A stretch of 64,000 nt of DNA, taken from NCBI GenBank assembly GCA_013166835.1, contig JABLTI010000001.1, forward strand, positions 1 through 64,000, read 5' to 3'. The DNA is from Promethearchaeati archaeon. Lineage in GTDB: Archaea; Asgardarchaeota; Heimdallarchaeia; JABLTI01. Made by a program: the position numbers and the translations under genes. A model generated the notes under the pieces. The model saw only the letters and a program-made list of their open reading frames with translations. It searched no databases and had not been told where the DNA came from. Shown piece by piece: positions 18,856 to 28,582 of the stretch (position 1 is the stretch's first letter; every line of letters begins with the position of its first letter).

Positions 18856-20262
18856 ATGTCCAATGAATCTGTTCTTTTAGTTTATCCTCCTAGTCAATGG
18901 GGGTATATTGATCGTTTTTGTCAACCTTTAGGTCCTTTAACACTTGGGAGTATTTTGAGAGATGCAGGAATAAAAGTAAAGGTAATAGATCTTTCTGGTG
19001 AAGGTTGGACCCCACAACAGCTGTATGTACATATGAAAGAAGAAAATTACACACATGTTGGAGCTACTATTTTAACACCATTTAGAGACATTGGATACGG
19101 AATTCTAAAAGCTGCAAAAAAAATCAATCCTGATGTTGTTACTTTAGCTGGTGGACCTCACGTATCGTTCTTCAAAGAGAAGGTTCTAACTGAATATCCT
19201 GAACTTGATATTGCAGTTTCGGGTGAAGCAGATCTAGATATAGTTGATATTATTCAAAATCCTAAGAAGAAATTCTATGATCTTGGTTGTGTAGAAGACA
19301 TTGATGCTCTACCAATACCTGATAGAAGTCATGTAAGGCATATAGAATACAATGAATTAGCAGGAATCTACATGGATGATTCTGCCAGTATGAAGTGGAT
19401 AAGAGGTTGTCCTTGGAGAAAATGTCGATTCTGTAGTCGAAATGAATTAACATTAAAGCATCGTCGTAGAAGTCCTGAGAAAATTATCGAGGAAATTGCA
19501 ATCATCCAGCACGAATTGAAGTACAAGAACATCCTTGTTGTTGATGATAGCTTAGCATTAAACACGAAATTCTCTAAAAATATTCTCCGAATGAAAATCA
19601 AAGAAGATTTAGATATCCCATTCTGGGCTTTAGCACGAGTAGACCAAATTGACGAAGAAGCTTTTCAATTAATGAAAAGAGCGAATTGTAGTGGGTTACA
19701 AGTAGGTATTGAATCAATAGTCCCTAGAGTAATTGATATGTATAAAAAAGCTCCAGGCGATCCAAAAGAATGGTTCCACAAAGTTGATCGAGCTCTAGAA
19801 TTAGCAGACAAGTATGATATTATAATGATTGGTTCTTTCATTGTTGGTGGACCAACAGAAACAGCAAAAGAAATGCAAACTACTGTAGATTATTTGCGAA
19901 CTTCCAAGGTAGATATTGTCCAACCGTTTGCTTTCCAATATGTCATTGGATCTGAATTTTGGCATGAAGCAGTGGATAGTGGACAACTCAAACCAGATGA
20001 CATTTATGCTTATAATGATAAAAAGTATGGAACATCACCTTACACAGCGAAGGACTTATTTGATAAGGTCTTAGAAGCAGAGGATCTTATTAATTCACCA
20101 ATTCTCAATCCTGGAAGATATGTTCGATTAGTAGGGAAATTCGTCAAACAGAAGAAATGGCGAGTTATTTGGAAGAACATACTTCAATTACCTAAAATAA
20201 TTCAAGGATTATTATTGGAGCACCCATACGATATTGTTATCGAAGATGAATTGAATGCTTAA
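18856..20262 (+). CDS. B12-binding radical SAM protein (class B methylase-like)
   Basis: PLGPLTLGS...GGPHVS...GEAD cobalamin-binding domain; RGCPWRKCRFC; GIES. Confidence 0.88.
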   Translation: MSNESVLLVYPPSQWGYIDRFCQPLGPLTLGSILRDAGIKVKVIDLSGEGWTPQQLYVHMKEENYTHVGATILTPFRDIGYGILKAAKKINPDVVTLAGGPHVSFFKEKVLTEYPELDIAVSGEADLDIVDIIQNPKKKFYDLGCVEDIDALPIPDRSHVRHIEYNELAGIYMDDSASMKWIRGCPWRKCRFCSRNELTLKHRRRSPEKIIEEIAIIQHELKYKNILVVDDSLALNTKFSKNILRMKIKEDLDIPFWALARVDQIDEEAFQLMKRANCSGLQVGIESIVPRVIDMYKKAPGDPKEWFHKVDRALELADKYDIIMIGSFIVGGPTETAKEMQTTVDYLRTSKVDIVQPFAFQYVIGSEFWHEAVDSGQLKPDDIYAYNDKKYGTSPYTAKDLFDKVLEAEDLINSPILNPGRYVRLVGKFVKQKKWRVIWKNILQLPKIIQGLLLEHPYDIVIEDELNA

Positions 20263-20351
20263 TTCTTATAATCCATTCATTTTTCTTGGAATAGTTTTTA
20301 ATTGGAAGTAAATGATATTATTTTTGCTTATCATTAGAATGAGGATTTTCT

Positions 20352-21389
20352 ATGGAAGAAGGTAAACTCCCTCTTGATTTATTGGACAAGATACTTGATG
20401 ACATCGAAAAATTGCCGGATAGTGTTATCCAAGGCCCTCAAATTGGTGCAGATGTTGCAGTAATCGATTATCAGAAAGCCATTAAACAAGCACAGAAATT
20501 CTACAACAGCAAAGAAAAAGTTTACCTAGTCTACAAAACTGATCCAATAACCTTTCCAACTTCTGAGCCAGGAAAATATGCTGTAATAGTTAATGCGAAC
20601 GATGTTGTAACAAGTGGTGCGATTCCTTTTGGTTTTAATGCAACTATCATTCTTCCTGTTGGGAGCTCAGCTGATATTGTATTTAAAATCCAGAAAGGTA
20701 TTCAACAAGAATGTGATAAAAGGGAAATAATCGTTTTAGGTGGGCATACAGAATTCTCTTCATCTGTGAATACGCCAATCGTTTCTGGAGCTATGCTTGG
20801 CTTTGTTCCGAAGGATTACTATGTACCTCGAGAAATTACAGAGAATGATGTTATGCTTTGTATAGGGTGGTGTGCAAAAGAAGGAATGGGAATAATTGCT
20901 AATGAAGGATATGAACAACTAAGTGAGCTTCTAGGTCCATCAACTATTGATAAATTATTGAAACTTGGAGATGATATCTCTATAGTTGATATTGCTCTAA
21001 AAATAAACAAGGAAAATAAACCAAGTCTTATGCATGATGCCACTGAGGGTGGGGTTTTAGGAGCTGCTTATGAAACAATTTCACCAATGGATTTTGGACT
21101 TGAACTTTACACTGAGAAGTTTCCTTTCACAAAAGAAACAATGGATGTTTGTCACTTATTGGAAGTTGATCCTCTAAAAATCATATCTTCTGGAACTCTC
21201 CTGCTAATAACTTCTGAATCTAAAGCAGAAAAAATTATGAAAAACTCAACGAAAGAAATCTCAATAGAAATAATTGGAAATATTTGTTCTAAAGAAAACG
21301 GTATCACTCTAGATGGTGAAATAATTCCTCCGCCTGGACCAGATGCCATTATAGATGCTTTAAGAAAATTAGAAGAAGGTAGTTTGTGA
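20352..21389 (+). CDS. AIR synthase-related (HypE/ThiL-like) protein
   Basis: GKLP, KTDPIT, NANDV, GGHTE, MHDATEGG, ISSGTLL. Confidence 0.85.
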   Translation: MEEGKLPLDLLDKILDDIEKLPDSVIQGPQIGADVAVIDYQKAIKQAQKFYNSKEKVYLVYKTDPITFPTSEPGKYAVIVNANDVVTSGAIPFGFNATIILPVGSSADIVFKIQKGIQQECDKREIIVLGGHTEFSSSVNTPIVSGAMLGFVPKDYYVPREITENDVMLCIGWCAKEGMGIIANEGYEQLSELLGPSTIDKLLKLGDDISIVDIALKINKENKPSLMHDATEGGVLGAAYETISPMDFGLELYTEKFPFTKETMDVCHLLEVDPLKIISSGTLLLITSESKAEKIMKNSTKEISIEIIGNICSKENGITLDGEIIPPPGPDAIIDALRKLEEGSL

Positions 21390-21400
21390 AAAACTACCAT

Positions 21401-22621
21401 TCATTTTTCATCCAATAATCGTTTTTGTCCTTCAAGTTTCTGAATTTCAGTGATATCTTGAGAGACTTCTAAACAACCAAGGTATTTGCCTTCTTTACTA
21501 CGTACAGCGAAGTAACGAATGTGAATCATTAGACCTTTGAGATTGATCCAGAATTCTGCAACATCACGTTTTTTCTTTCGGAAATCATCAAGAATTTTCT
21601 TAACGACATGTATGCTTTTTTCTGGGTGACAGAGATGCACGTCACGGCCAATAACAGCCTTTGTTCTTAGGAAAATTCGTTCTTCTCCTTTACTGAAGAA
21701 AACTACTTTATCATTTTCATCAACAAAAGTCATGTCTACTGGGATACTATTGATGATTGGTTCAATGAATTCAATTGGTACAGGACCGGTTTCAAATTCA
21801 ATAACACCTGCTTTTAGGTCTTCCTTTGGCTTAGCTTCATCTGCTTTAACACCAAATGGTTGCTGTGAATCTTCAGGTGTGAAACAGCAATAACCTATTT
21901 CATCGAACTCTTTGCGAACAGTCACCCATTCATCTTGAGTTAACAACCTCAGTGATGCTGGAAAGAGAATATTGTTTTCTTTAAAGAAATGTGTTCCAAG
22001 CAAATTTGCTAATGAACCTACAGTTTTCAGAAGTGCTTCTTTGAATACAGGGAATTTCATCGATTTTTTATCTACTGCTTCTATTACGTCATACAGATTC
22101 TTTTCTAAAGCTCTGATTTTGTCGTGATCTATCCACATTTGTGCGGGTGGTTCTGTTAATCCATGTTTTTCGATATATGGGAAAAGAACATTTTCTTCTC
22201 TTAAGTAATGCTTTATAGCCTCTTGAAAGTGATGAGCAATGTCTTTTATTACCTTCATTTCTTCATCAATATCATCAAAATCTTTCTTTGAAGCTGCCTT
22301 AGTGGCAACCTTGTTTAATTTCTCAACGAATCCTAAAACCATCCGATGCTCTTCCATCAAAATATTGACAGGATGACCCACGGGAACTAGTACTTTTTCT
22401 TCCCCGAGTTTTTCCTTGAAAACAGCAAGATGAACATCACACAATTTGTTGAGCTTTTCTCTTGGCATACCATCTTTAACTAATTCTTCTTCGGCTTTTG
22501 CCAATTCATCTGGACCGGTATCGCTGATTATACCTTTGAAATCCTCTTTAGCTTTATCAGGATCATATCCATCATCTAATTTTGTAATAAGTTCTTTCAG
22601 TTTTTCCTTTTTCGTACCCAA
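21401..22621 (-). CDS. DUF438 + hemerythrin + PAS domain protein
   Basis: LCDVH, GHPVNILMEEH, HYLREENVLFP, MWIDHD, FKENNILFP, then a PAS with CHP. Confidence 0.88.
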   Translation of the reverse strand: MGTKKEKLKELITKLDDGYDPDKAKEDFKGIISDTGPDELAKAEEELVKDGMPREKLNKLCDVHLAVFKEKLGEEKVLVPVGHPVNILMEEHRMVLGFVEKLNKVATKAASKKDFDDIDEEMKVIKDIAHHFQEAIKHYLREENVLFPYIEKHGLTEPPAQMWIDHDKIRALEKNLYDVIEAVDKKSMKFPVFKEALLKTVGSLANLLGTHFFKENNILFPASLRLLTQDEWVTVRKEFDEIGYCCFTPEDSQQPFGVKADEAKPKEDLKAGVIEFETGPVPIEFIEPIINSIPVDMTFVDENDKVVFFSKGEERIFLRTKAVIGRDVHLCHPEKSIHVVKKILDDFRKKKRDVAEFWINLKGLMIHIRYFAVRSKEGKYLGCLEVSQDITEIQKLEGQKRLLDEK

Positions 22622-22823
22622 TTTTGAACCTCCATAATCGGGACTAATAAAACATTCACTTCGAATCCATTAAATCCTAGTGATTTATATTGTAAATTAC
22701 TGAAATGAGTTGCTACTCGTAATTGAGTTAATGACAGTAGTTTTATAATATTATCGGAAAAAATCGTTTTTACAGTAAAACTCAAAATATGATAGAGTTC
22801 ATACATCAACTACCTTCTGGAGT

Positions 22824-23813
22824 ATGGAAAGGATGACTACTGAGCTTTTAATAAATCAAATAAAAAAGCAGATTCCTAATGCTTATCTTAATACTGACTT
22901 GAAAGGTTATGGCGCCCGTAAAAGTGGCAAAGTTCGAGATTTATACACTATAGATGATAAAATTATGATTGTAACAACAGATAGAATATCTGCTTTTGAT
23001 GTAGTTCTAACACAAGGAATACCTTACAAAGGACAAGCATTGAATCAAACATCTGAATTTTGGTTTGATGCTACCAGGAAAATCATGAACAATCATATTG
23101 TTGCAGTTCCAGATCCAAATATAATGATTGCTCAACATTGTGAACCAATTGAAGTAGAAGTTGTTATTAGAGGATATATCACAGGTTCTGCTTGGAGGAG
23201 ATTCAAGTACCTCAAAGAGAATAATAAAACATTAGTTATCTCTGGGATTGAATTTTCATCTGATTTAAGAAAGGATGAAAAATTACCTGAACCAGTTTTT
23301 ACACCTACCACAAAAGCACAAGAAGGACATGACGAAGAAATTACTCCAAAAGAATTAATCTCTCGAGGAATCGTAACTAAAGATATTTTAGATCAATTAA
23401 CTGAAGCAGCATTCAAACTATATGCTAGTGGAAATGAAGTTGTAAGCAAAAGTGGCGGTATTTTGGTAGATACAAAATACGAGTTTGGTTTGAATCCAGA
23501 AGGTGAAGTTGTTCTTATTGATGAAGTTCATACAGCGGATTCTTCTCGCTTTTGGTTGAAAGATCAATATGAAGAATCATTCGAGAAAAACTTAAAACAA
23601 AAAGGACTTGACAAGGAATATGTTCGCAGTTGGTTAAGGGATAATGGTTTTACTGGCGATGGTGTTGTTCCTGATTTACCAGATGATGTAATTATCAATG
23701 CTTCATTGAACGTTATCAAAGCTTATGAATTAATAACTGCTCAGAAATTCAAACCAGCTGAAGAATATGCTTCAAATGATCGTTTAATGTCCAACTTAAT
23801 GAAATATAGTTAA
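22824..23813 (+). CDS. purC: SAICAR synthase
   Basis: GKVRDLY, TDRISAFD, RGYITGS, TPTTKA, DTKYEFG, DEVHTADSSRFW, DKEYVR. Confidence 0.95.
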   Translation: MERMTTELLINQIKKQIPNAYLNTDLKGYGARKSGKVRDLYTIDDKIMIVTTDRISAFDVVLTQGIPYKGQALNQTSEFWFDATRKIMNNHIVAVPDPNIMIAQHCEPIEVEVVIRGYITGSAWRRFKYLKENNKTLVISGIEFSSDLRKDEKLPEPVFTPTTKAQEGHDEEITPKELISRGIVTKDILDQLTEAAFKLYASGNEVVSKSGGILVDTKYEFGLNPEGEVVLIDEVHTADSSRFWLKDQYEESFEKNLKQKGLDKEYVRSWLRDNGFTGDGVVPDLPDDVIINASLNVIKAYELITAQKFKPAEEYASNDRLMSNLMKYS

Positions 23814-23868
23814 AAGTAAATACTGTAAATCGAGTAATTTTAAAGAGATAAGAGGAGTATGGAACAAA

Positions 23869-25806
23869 ATGGGTTATGCATTACAGAAATTTAAACAACT
23901 ATCTAATAAGCAAATTAGTATAATATTTGCTATTATTGTTGTAGTTGTATCTGTACTCTTGCGTTTTCCTGCATTTTATGATTTAGCTAACACTGATGTA
24001 TGGTATCTTATATGGGAGAGCAGATTGATCTTTGATGAAAGACATCTAGAGTTAATCATGCATCCATTCAGTATAATAAGTTTGTATCCCTATTCTCCTT
24101 ATCCCTTTGGTTCTTTATTGCTCTACAAATTTTTCGATATCATCAGTTTCAAAAATGTCTTTGTTGGGGTATTACTCTTCAATATCTCCTTGATTTCCCT
24201 AACTACATTATCTTCTTTTTATTTCTTCAAAAAAATTTTCAAAAAGAATGATTCAGTGGATAATCTTGGATTAACTCAAGAAAATATAATGGCTTTAATT
24301 GGTAGTTTGTTATACGTTAATTTTCCTTATCTGATTTATTTCAGTTACAATTTTGCATCTGCTAGGTTTCCCATGATGGCCGTTCTTCCGCTTTTCTATC
24401 TTTTTGCTCTGGATACTATAAGAAAAAGAAGTGTTATTTCCTTCTTAAAATGCTCGATTATGTATGTTGTAATGTTATTCTTTCATCGAATGAGTGAACC
24501 ATTATTATTGCTAATAATCATTTTAGGTGTTTACTTAATTTTCTTTAAATTTCTTGCAAATAAATTAAAAATCAATGAAAGAATTCCAAAGCTGAAAAAT
24601 ATTCTTTCCAAATATTTCATTGTTTTCTTGCTTGGTTCATTTGCTATAGCAGTAGTCATTAGTTTTCTAATTGATGCTTATTCAGGAATAAGAATTCTAA
24701 GCACTGGAGAGGGATGGTTGCAATTCCTGGCTCATTTGAATCTAATTTTTGGAGGTATTTTCTTTGAAGGTTGGGGTCCAATGATAATTTTATCCTTATT
24801 GTGCATAATTTTCATTAATTCGAAAAATATCATTAAGGACAACTTCTATTACAATATTTTATTATTAATATTATTCCAGATTCCACTTCTGATATTAATT
24901 TCAAATCATTACATTATATATTTCATGTGTATTACCCCAATTCTCTTGATATTACTATATTTGAAGAATTTCTTATTCGAAAAAGAAAATTACAAACCAA
25001 TATATGGAGCAATTGCTCTCATTGGTTTTGGATTGTTAAATGTAATTGGTATAATCTTAATATACAAAGTTAGATCTAATTATCACTATGCTTACATAAT
25101 CATAGGAACAATTGTTTTATTATTGGGTTTTGGGTTCCTTATTGCATTACTTATTGAAAAACAGAATCAAAACCATCAAAAAGAAAGTAAAAAACTGAAT
25201 ACATTTATCAAAGGAACTTTAAAAGCAATTCCAATTATTTTAACTCTCAGTATTCTGTTTTATTCCCGGTTCTATATAGATTTAAAAACTATTCACAAAC
25301 CACAAGAATATCCTGATTTTTATTCCAGCATCACCCTAACTGATGAAGAACAAGAAATAGCGGATTTTCTTTCTCTCTATCCTGAATCATTATTTGGCTG
25401 CAGCCAAAGATTAGTAGCTATAAGATTATCTGTTCTTTCAGGATGTTTCTATCTAGCAGATACTCATGGTTTAGCATTATTAATATCTGGTTACTATAAT
25501 GTCTCTGAAATAAAGGAGAATTCATCATTTAATCCCTCATATGGAGGTTGGGATTTTTCATTATATACTACAACAGATTATCCTACTGGTCGAGATATCT
25601 TTATTAATCTTGTACAAATGGAAGCTAATGCTACTTCTTTAGCAATAATTAATGACATTAATCTCTCATTCTTTGTAACATTAAAGAATAGTTCATACGT
25701 TGAAATAAGAATGATTGAATTCATTGATTCTCCTTTTGTACAAGATATTGATACTATTGCTTCATTAGCTCTAGAAACAGAGCATTATTTCCTTTGGGAA
25801 TTCTAG
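23869..25806 (+). CDS. polytopic membrane protein (GT-C/polymerase-like) in glycosylation locus
   Basis: Many TM helices, a D-x-W loop after TM1, soluble C-terminal domain; flanked by glycosyltransferases. Confidence 0.55.
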   Translation: MGYALQKFKQLSNKQISIIFAIIVVVVSVLLRFPAFYDLANTDVWYLIWESRLIFDERHLELIMHPFSIISLYPYSPYPFGSLLLYKFFDIISFKNVFVGVLLFNISLISLTTLSSFYFFKKIFKKNDSVDNLGLTQENIMALIGSLLYVNFPYLIYFSYNFASARFPMMAVLPLFYLFALDTIRKRSVISFLKCSIMYVVMLFFHRMSEPLLLLIIILGVYLIFFKFLANKLKINERIPKLKNILSKYFIVFLLGSFAIAVVISFLIDAYSGIRILSTGEGWLQFLAHLNLIFGGIFFEGWGPMIILSLLCIIFINSKNIIKDNFYYNILLLILFQIPLLILISNHYIIYFMCITPILLILLYLKNFLFEKENYKPIYGAIALIGFGLLNVIGIILIYKVRSNYHYAYIIIGTIVLLLGFGFLIALLIEKQNQNHQKESKKLNTFIKGTLKAIPIILTLSILFYSRFYIDLKTIHKPQEYPDFYSSITLTDEEQEIADFLSLYPESLFGCSQRLVAIRLSVLSGCFYLADTHGLALLISGYYNVSEIKENSSFNPSYGGWDFSLYTTTDYPTGRDIFINLVQMEANATSLAIINDINLSFFVTLKNSSYVEIRMIEFIDSPFVQDIDTIASLALETEHYFLWEF

Positions 25807-25908
25807 TGTATAATTAAAAGGGATTCCTTAAGTAGATAAATTACATTAATATAATATATTCAAAATCATCAAGCAATTACCTACCATTATTAAGTGAGAC
25901 TTGGTTTT

Positions 25909-27081
25909 ATGTCAACAAAATCCCTCAAAGACAAAACATTACTTGTTATTACACCTGGTTTTCCAGATGAAAACAACAAGAGTATTATGGGGATTTTTGT
26001 AAAAGATCAAGTAAATGCCCTAAGAAGTGAATTCAAAGAAATTTATGTTATTGCTCCTATTTTTAGCACGTTAAAATTATCCTCTCGAGAGCGTTATTGC
26101 CAAAATTATACTTATGAGAATGTTTCTGTTTTTTATCCGAGAAGTTTTTACTTTCCACTTATCTATACATTAGGAAAAAAAATAGATAATCGATTACAGG
26201 CTGTTCTTAATACAATTGAAAGAAACAACCTAAGTTTTGATCTAATACATGCTCATTTCACTTGGCCATCAGGTTATATCAGCCAACAATTAAAAGAGAA
26301 ATTCAATACTCCTTATATTCTGACTGTACACGAAAATCGCAAATGGTTTCAGAAAGAGCTTGACAAGGAATATACAGAATTTACCAATGCTTGGAAGAAT
26401 GCTGACATAATTCTGAGAGTGAATATGAAGGATTATGAATCTCTGAAAAAATATAATCCCGGAGTTTATTATCAACCCAATAGTGTTGGTGGAATGTTTG
26501 AATTCGCAGAAAAAATACCTGTAAGAAAACAAATTGGGTTGCAAGAAGATGCGAAGATTATTTTTGCTTTTGGCAATCACTTAAAATCCAAAGGTTTTCA
26601 TGATTTGATTAATGCAATGAAGATACTTTTGGAATCCGGGAATAAAACGATCCAATGTTACATTGGTGGTTCAGGTTTTTACTCGAGTGAAATGCGAAGA
26701 TTAATTCGCAAACATAATCTCTCAGACAATGTGAGACTGATAGGTCCTATCAATAGAAATGATATTGTTAATTGGTTTAACGCTGCTGATTTCTATGTTA
26801 TGCCAAGTCATCACGAAAGTTTTGGAATAACTGTAATTGAAGCCTTATCAAGTGGGACACCAGTAATTACTACTTACAATGGGGCTAGTGAGTTTATAAT
26901 TGAAAACGAAAATTTGGGTTTGCTTGTAAATCCAAAATCCCCAAAGAAACTTGCAGAAGCAATTGAAGAAGCGTTTCAAAGAAAATGGGATAGTAAGTTT
27001 ATTACAAAGTTTGCTGCTAAATACTCAGAAAAAGCATTTTGCAAAAGCTTAACGAATTACTTTGGGAAGATAGTGAAATGA
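25909..27081 (+). CDS. GT4 glycosyltransferase (TuaC-like)
   Basis: GIFVKDQ, IHAHF, ESFGITVIEA (Ex7E). Confidence 0.9.
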   Translation: MSTKSLKDKTLLVITPGFPDENNKSIMGIFVKDQVNALRSEFKEIYVIAPIFSTLKLSSRERYCQNYTYENVSVFYPRSFYFPLIYTLGKKIDNRLQAVLNTIERNNLSFDLIHAHFTWPSGYISQQLKEKFNTPYILTVHENRKWFQKELDKEYTEFTNAWKNADIILRVNMKDYESLKKYNPGVYYQPNSVGGMFEFAEKIPVRKQIGLQEDAKIIFAFGNHLKSKGFHDLINAMKILLESGNKTIQCYIGGSGFYSSEMRRLIRKHNLSDNVRLIGPINRNDIVNWFNAADFYVMPSHHESFGITVIEALSSGTPVITTYNGASEFIIENENLGLLVNPKSPKKLAEAIEEAFQRKWDSKFITKFAAKYSEKAFCKSLTNYFGKIVK

Positions 27082-28577
27082 AACAATTGAGCAAGAATAT
27101 TGGTAGTAATTTCCTTTTTTCATTCATTGTGATTTTGATCATAGGATTAGTGAATATCGGTTTCCCACTATTAATTGGTTTGTTGTATAGTGCAGAAACA
27201 ATGGGTAATTTCTCAGTTCTATTCAACTGGGCGTTTTTCTTAGCAATACCTATTGCTAATGGGATTGCCCCTGCCATCTCAAGATTTATCGCAGCGAAAA
27301 CTGGAGATGAAACTCCGCAAATAAATAAAATCGGAGGAAAAATTACTATTTTTTACTTGCTCATGGCTATTGTGATTTTTCCTCTCATTGGTGTATTTGT
27401 TTTCCAACTTGATATTTTCGATTTACTAATTGTAATCTCAATGTTAATTGTAATAATTCTTCATTATTTGTTTAGGTATTCTCTTCAGGGTCAAGAGAGG
27501 TTTTCTCGTCTCTTCAAATTTGAAATAATTTCTTTTGCAATTTTCTTACCATTTATGATTATTTTTGGTGTTCTTCCAAACGTCTTAGGATGGACTGGAC
27601 TTTCCGGTTTTCATTGGTTGTTTTTCCCTGTTATTGTTTATCACTTAGCTTTTGATATATTGTATCTCTTCTCAGAAACCAAGATGATGGATTTAAAGAA
27701 ATTCTTTTCTTTTCCAGAGATTACCAAAAAAATACTTCTTTATGCATTTTTCGTTGGAATTGGAAGTCTCTTTAGTCTTGGAGTTTCCCAATTTCAAATT
27801 ATAATCTCAGACAAATACTTGACTGAATTCCGTGTCGGAGTTTTAGGTTTCTGGGATTCTGCAATAAAACCTATTTCTCTGATTTCAGTTGCGATTGGAG
27901 CAATGACGATACCACGGATTACCAATTTACAAAAATCAAAAGAAGAACACGATGTATCATTTGTTAATAGAATTAATTATGGTTTAACATTGCTAATATT
28001 GCCTATCTTTGGTTTGATTTTCTTAATTATTGCGGGTTATCCCAATTTATTTGATCACTTAGGATTAACGAAATACCAAACCGCTATTTATTGGATAATT
28101 CCTATTTTCCTTTGTTTTCAGGTAGTGAACAATCTAATAGCAACGCCGACCATATCTTACTACTCTTCCTCAGAAAGGAAAGTTATAATCAATCCCATTA
28201 TCTCTTTTGCTTATTCACTTGTTGTTATTGTTTCCTGGATTATTCTTGTTCCTAGATGGGATATCTGGGGATTTGTTAGTGGCATAGCTATTGGCAGTTT
28301 GGTTTTCTCCTTAGCAATACAAATAACGGCACTTATTATAACAAAAAGAAAAATCGGCATGCATGTATTTCTTATGTTAGCATTCTATGTTTTAGGAGGA
28401 GTCTCACTAATACTACTAAATTATATGTCAAACATTGTTTTACTAGTTCTTTGGTCTTGCATTACCATTTCGTCAGTGATCCTAGGAATTCTTCTCATAA
28501 TTAAGGTCTTAAAAAATAGAGACTACTCCATAACATATGAGGAGCAAGCTACAACAACAGCTGAAACTAGTAACTAA
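27078..28577 (+). CDS. MOP/Wzx-like oligosaccharide flippase
   Basis: About 14 hydrophobic segments, GIAPAISRFIA, IPRIT; ATGA overlap with the GT4 gene. Confidence 0.75.
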   Translation: MKQLSKNIGSNFLFSFIVILIIGLVNIGFPLLIGLLYSAETMGNFSVLFNWAFFLAIPIANGIAPAISRFIAAKTGDETPQINKIGGKITIFYLLMAIVIFPLIGVFVFQLDIFDLLIVISMLIVIILHYLFRYSLQGQERFSRLFKFEIISFAIFLPFMIIFGVLPNVLGWTGLSGFHWLFFPVIVYHLAFDILYLFSETKMMDLKKFFSFPEITKKILLYAFFVGIGSLFSLGVSQFQIIISDKYLTEFRVGVLGFWDSAIKPISLISVAIGAMTIPRITNLQKSKEEHDVSFVNRINYGLTLLILPIFGLIFLIIAGYPNLFDHLGLTKYQTAIYWIIPIFLCFQVVNNLIATPTISYYSSSERKVIINPIISFAYSLVVIVSWIILVPRWDIWGFVSGIAIGSLVFSLAIQITALIITKRKIGMHVFLMLAFYVLGGVSLILLNYMSNIVLLVLWSCITISSVILGILLIIKVLKNRDYSITYEEQATTTAETSN

Positions 28578-28582
28578 CAGAA

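Noticed and set aside
20352-21389. Selenophosphate synthetase SelD or true HypE
   Set aside because: No N-terminal Cys/Sec-x-x-Lys of SelD and no C-terminal PRIC of HypE; kept as a generic AIR synthase-related protein.
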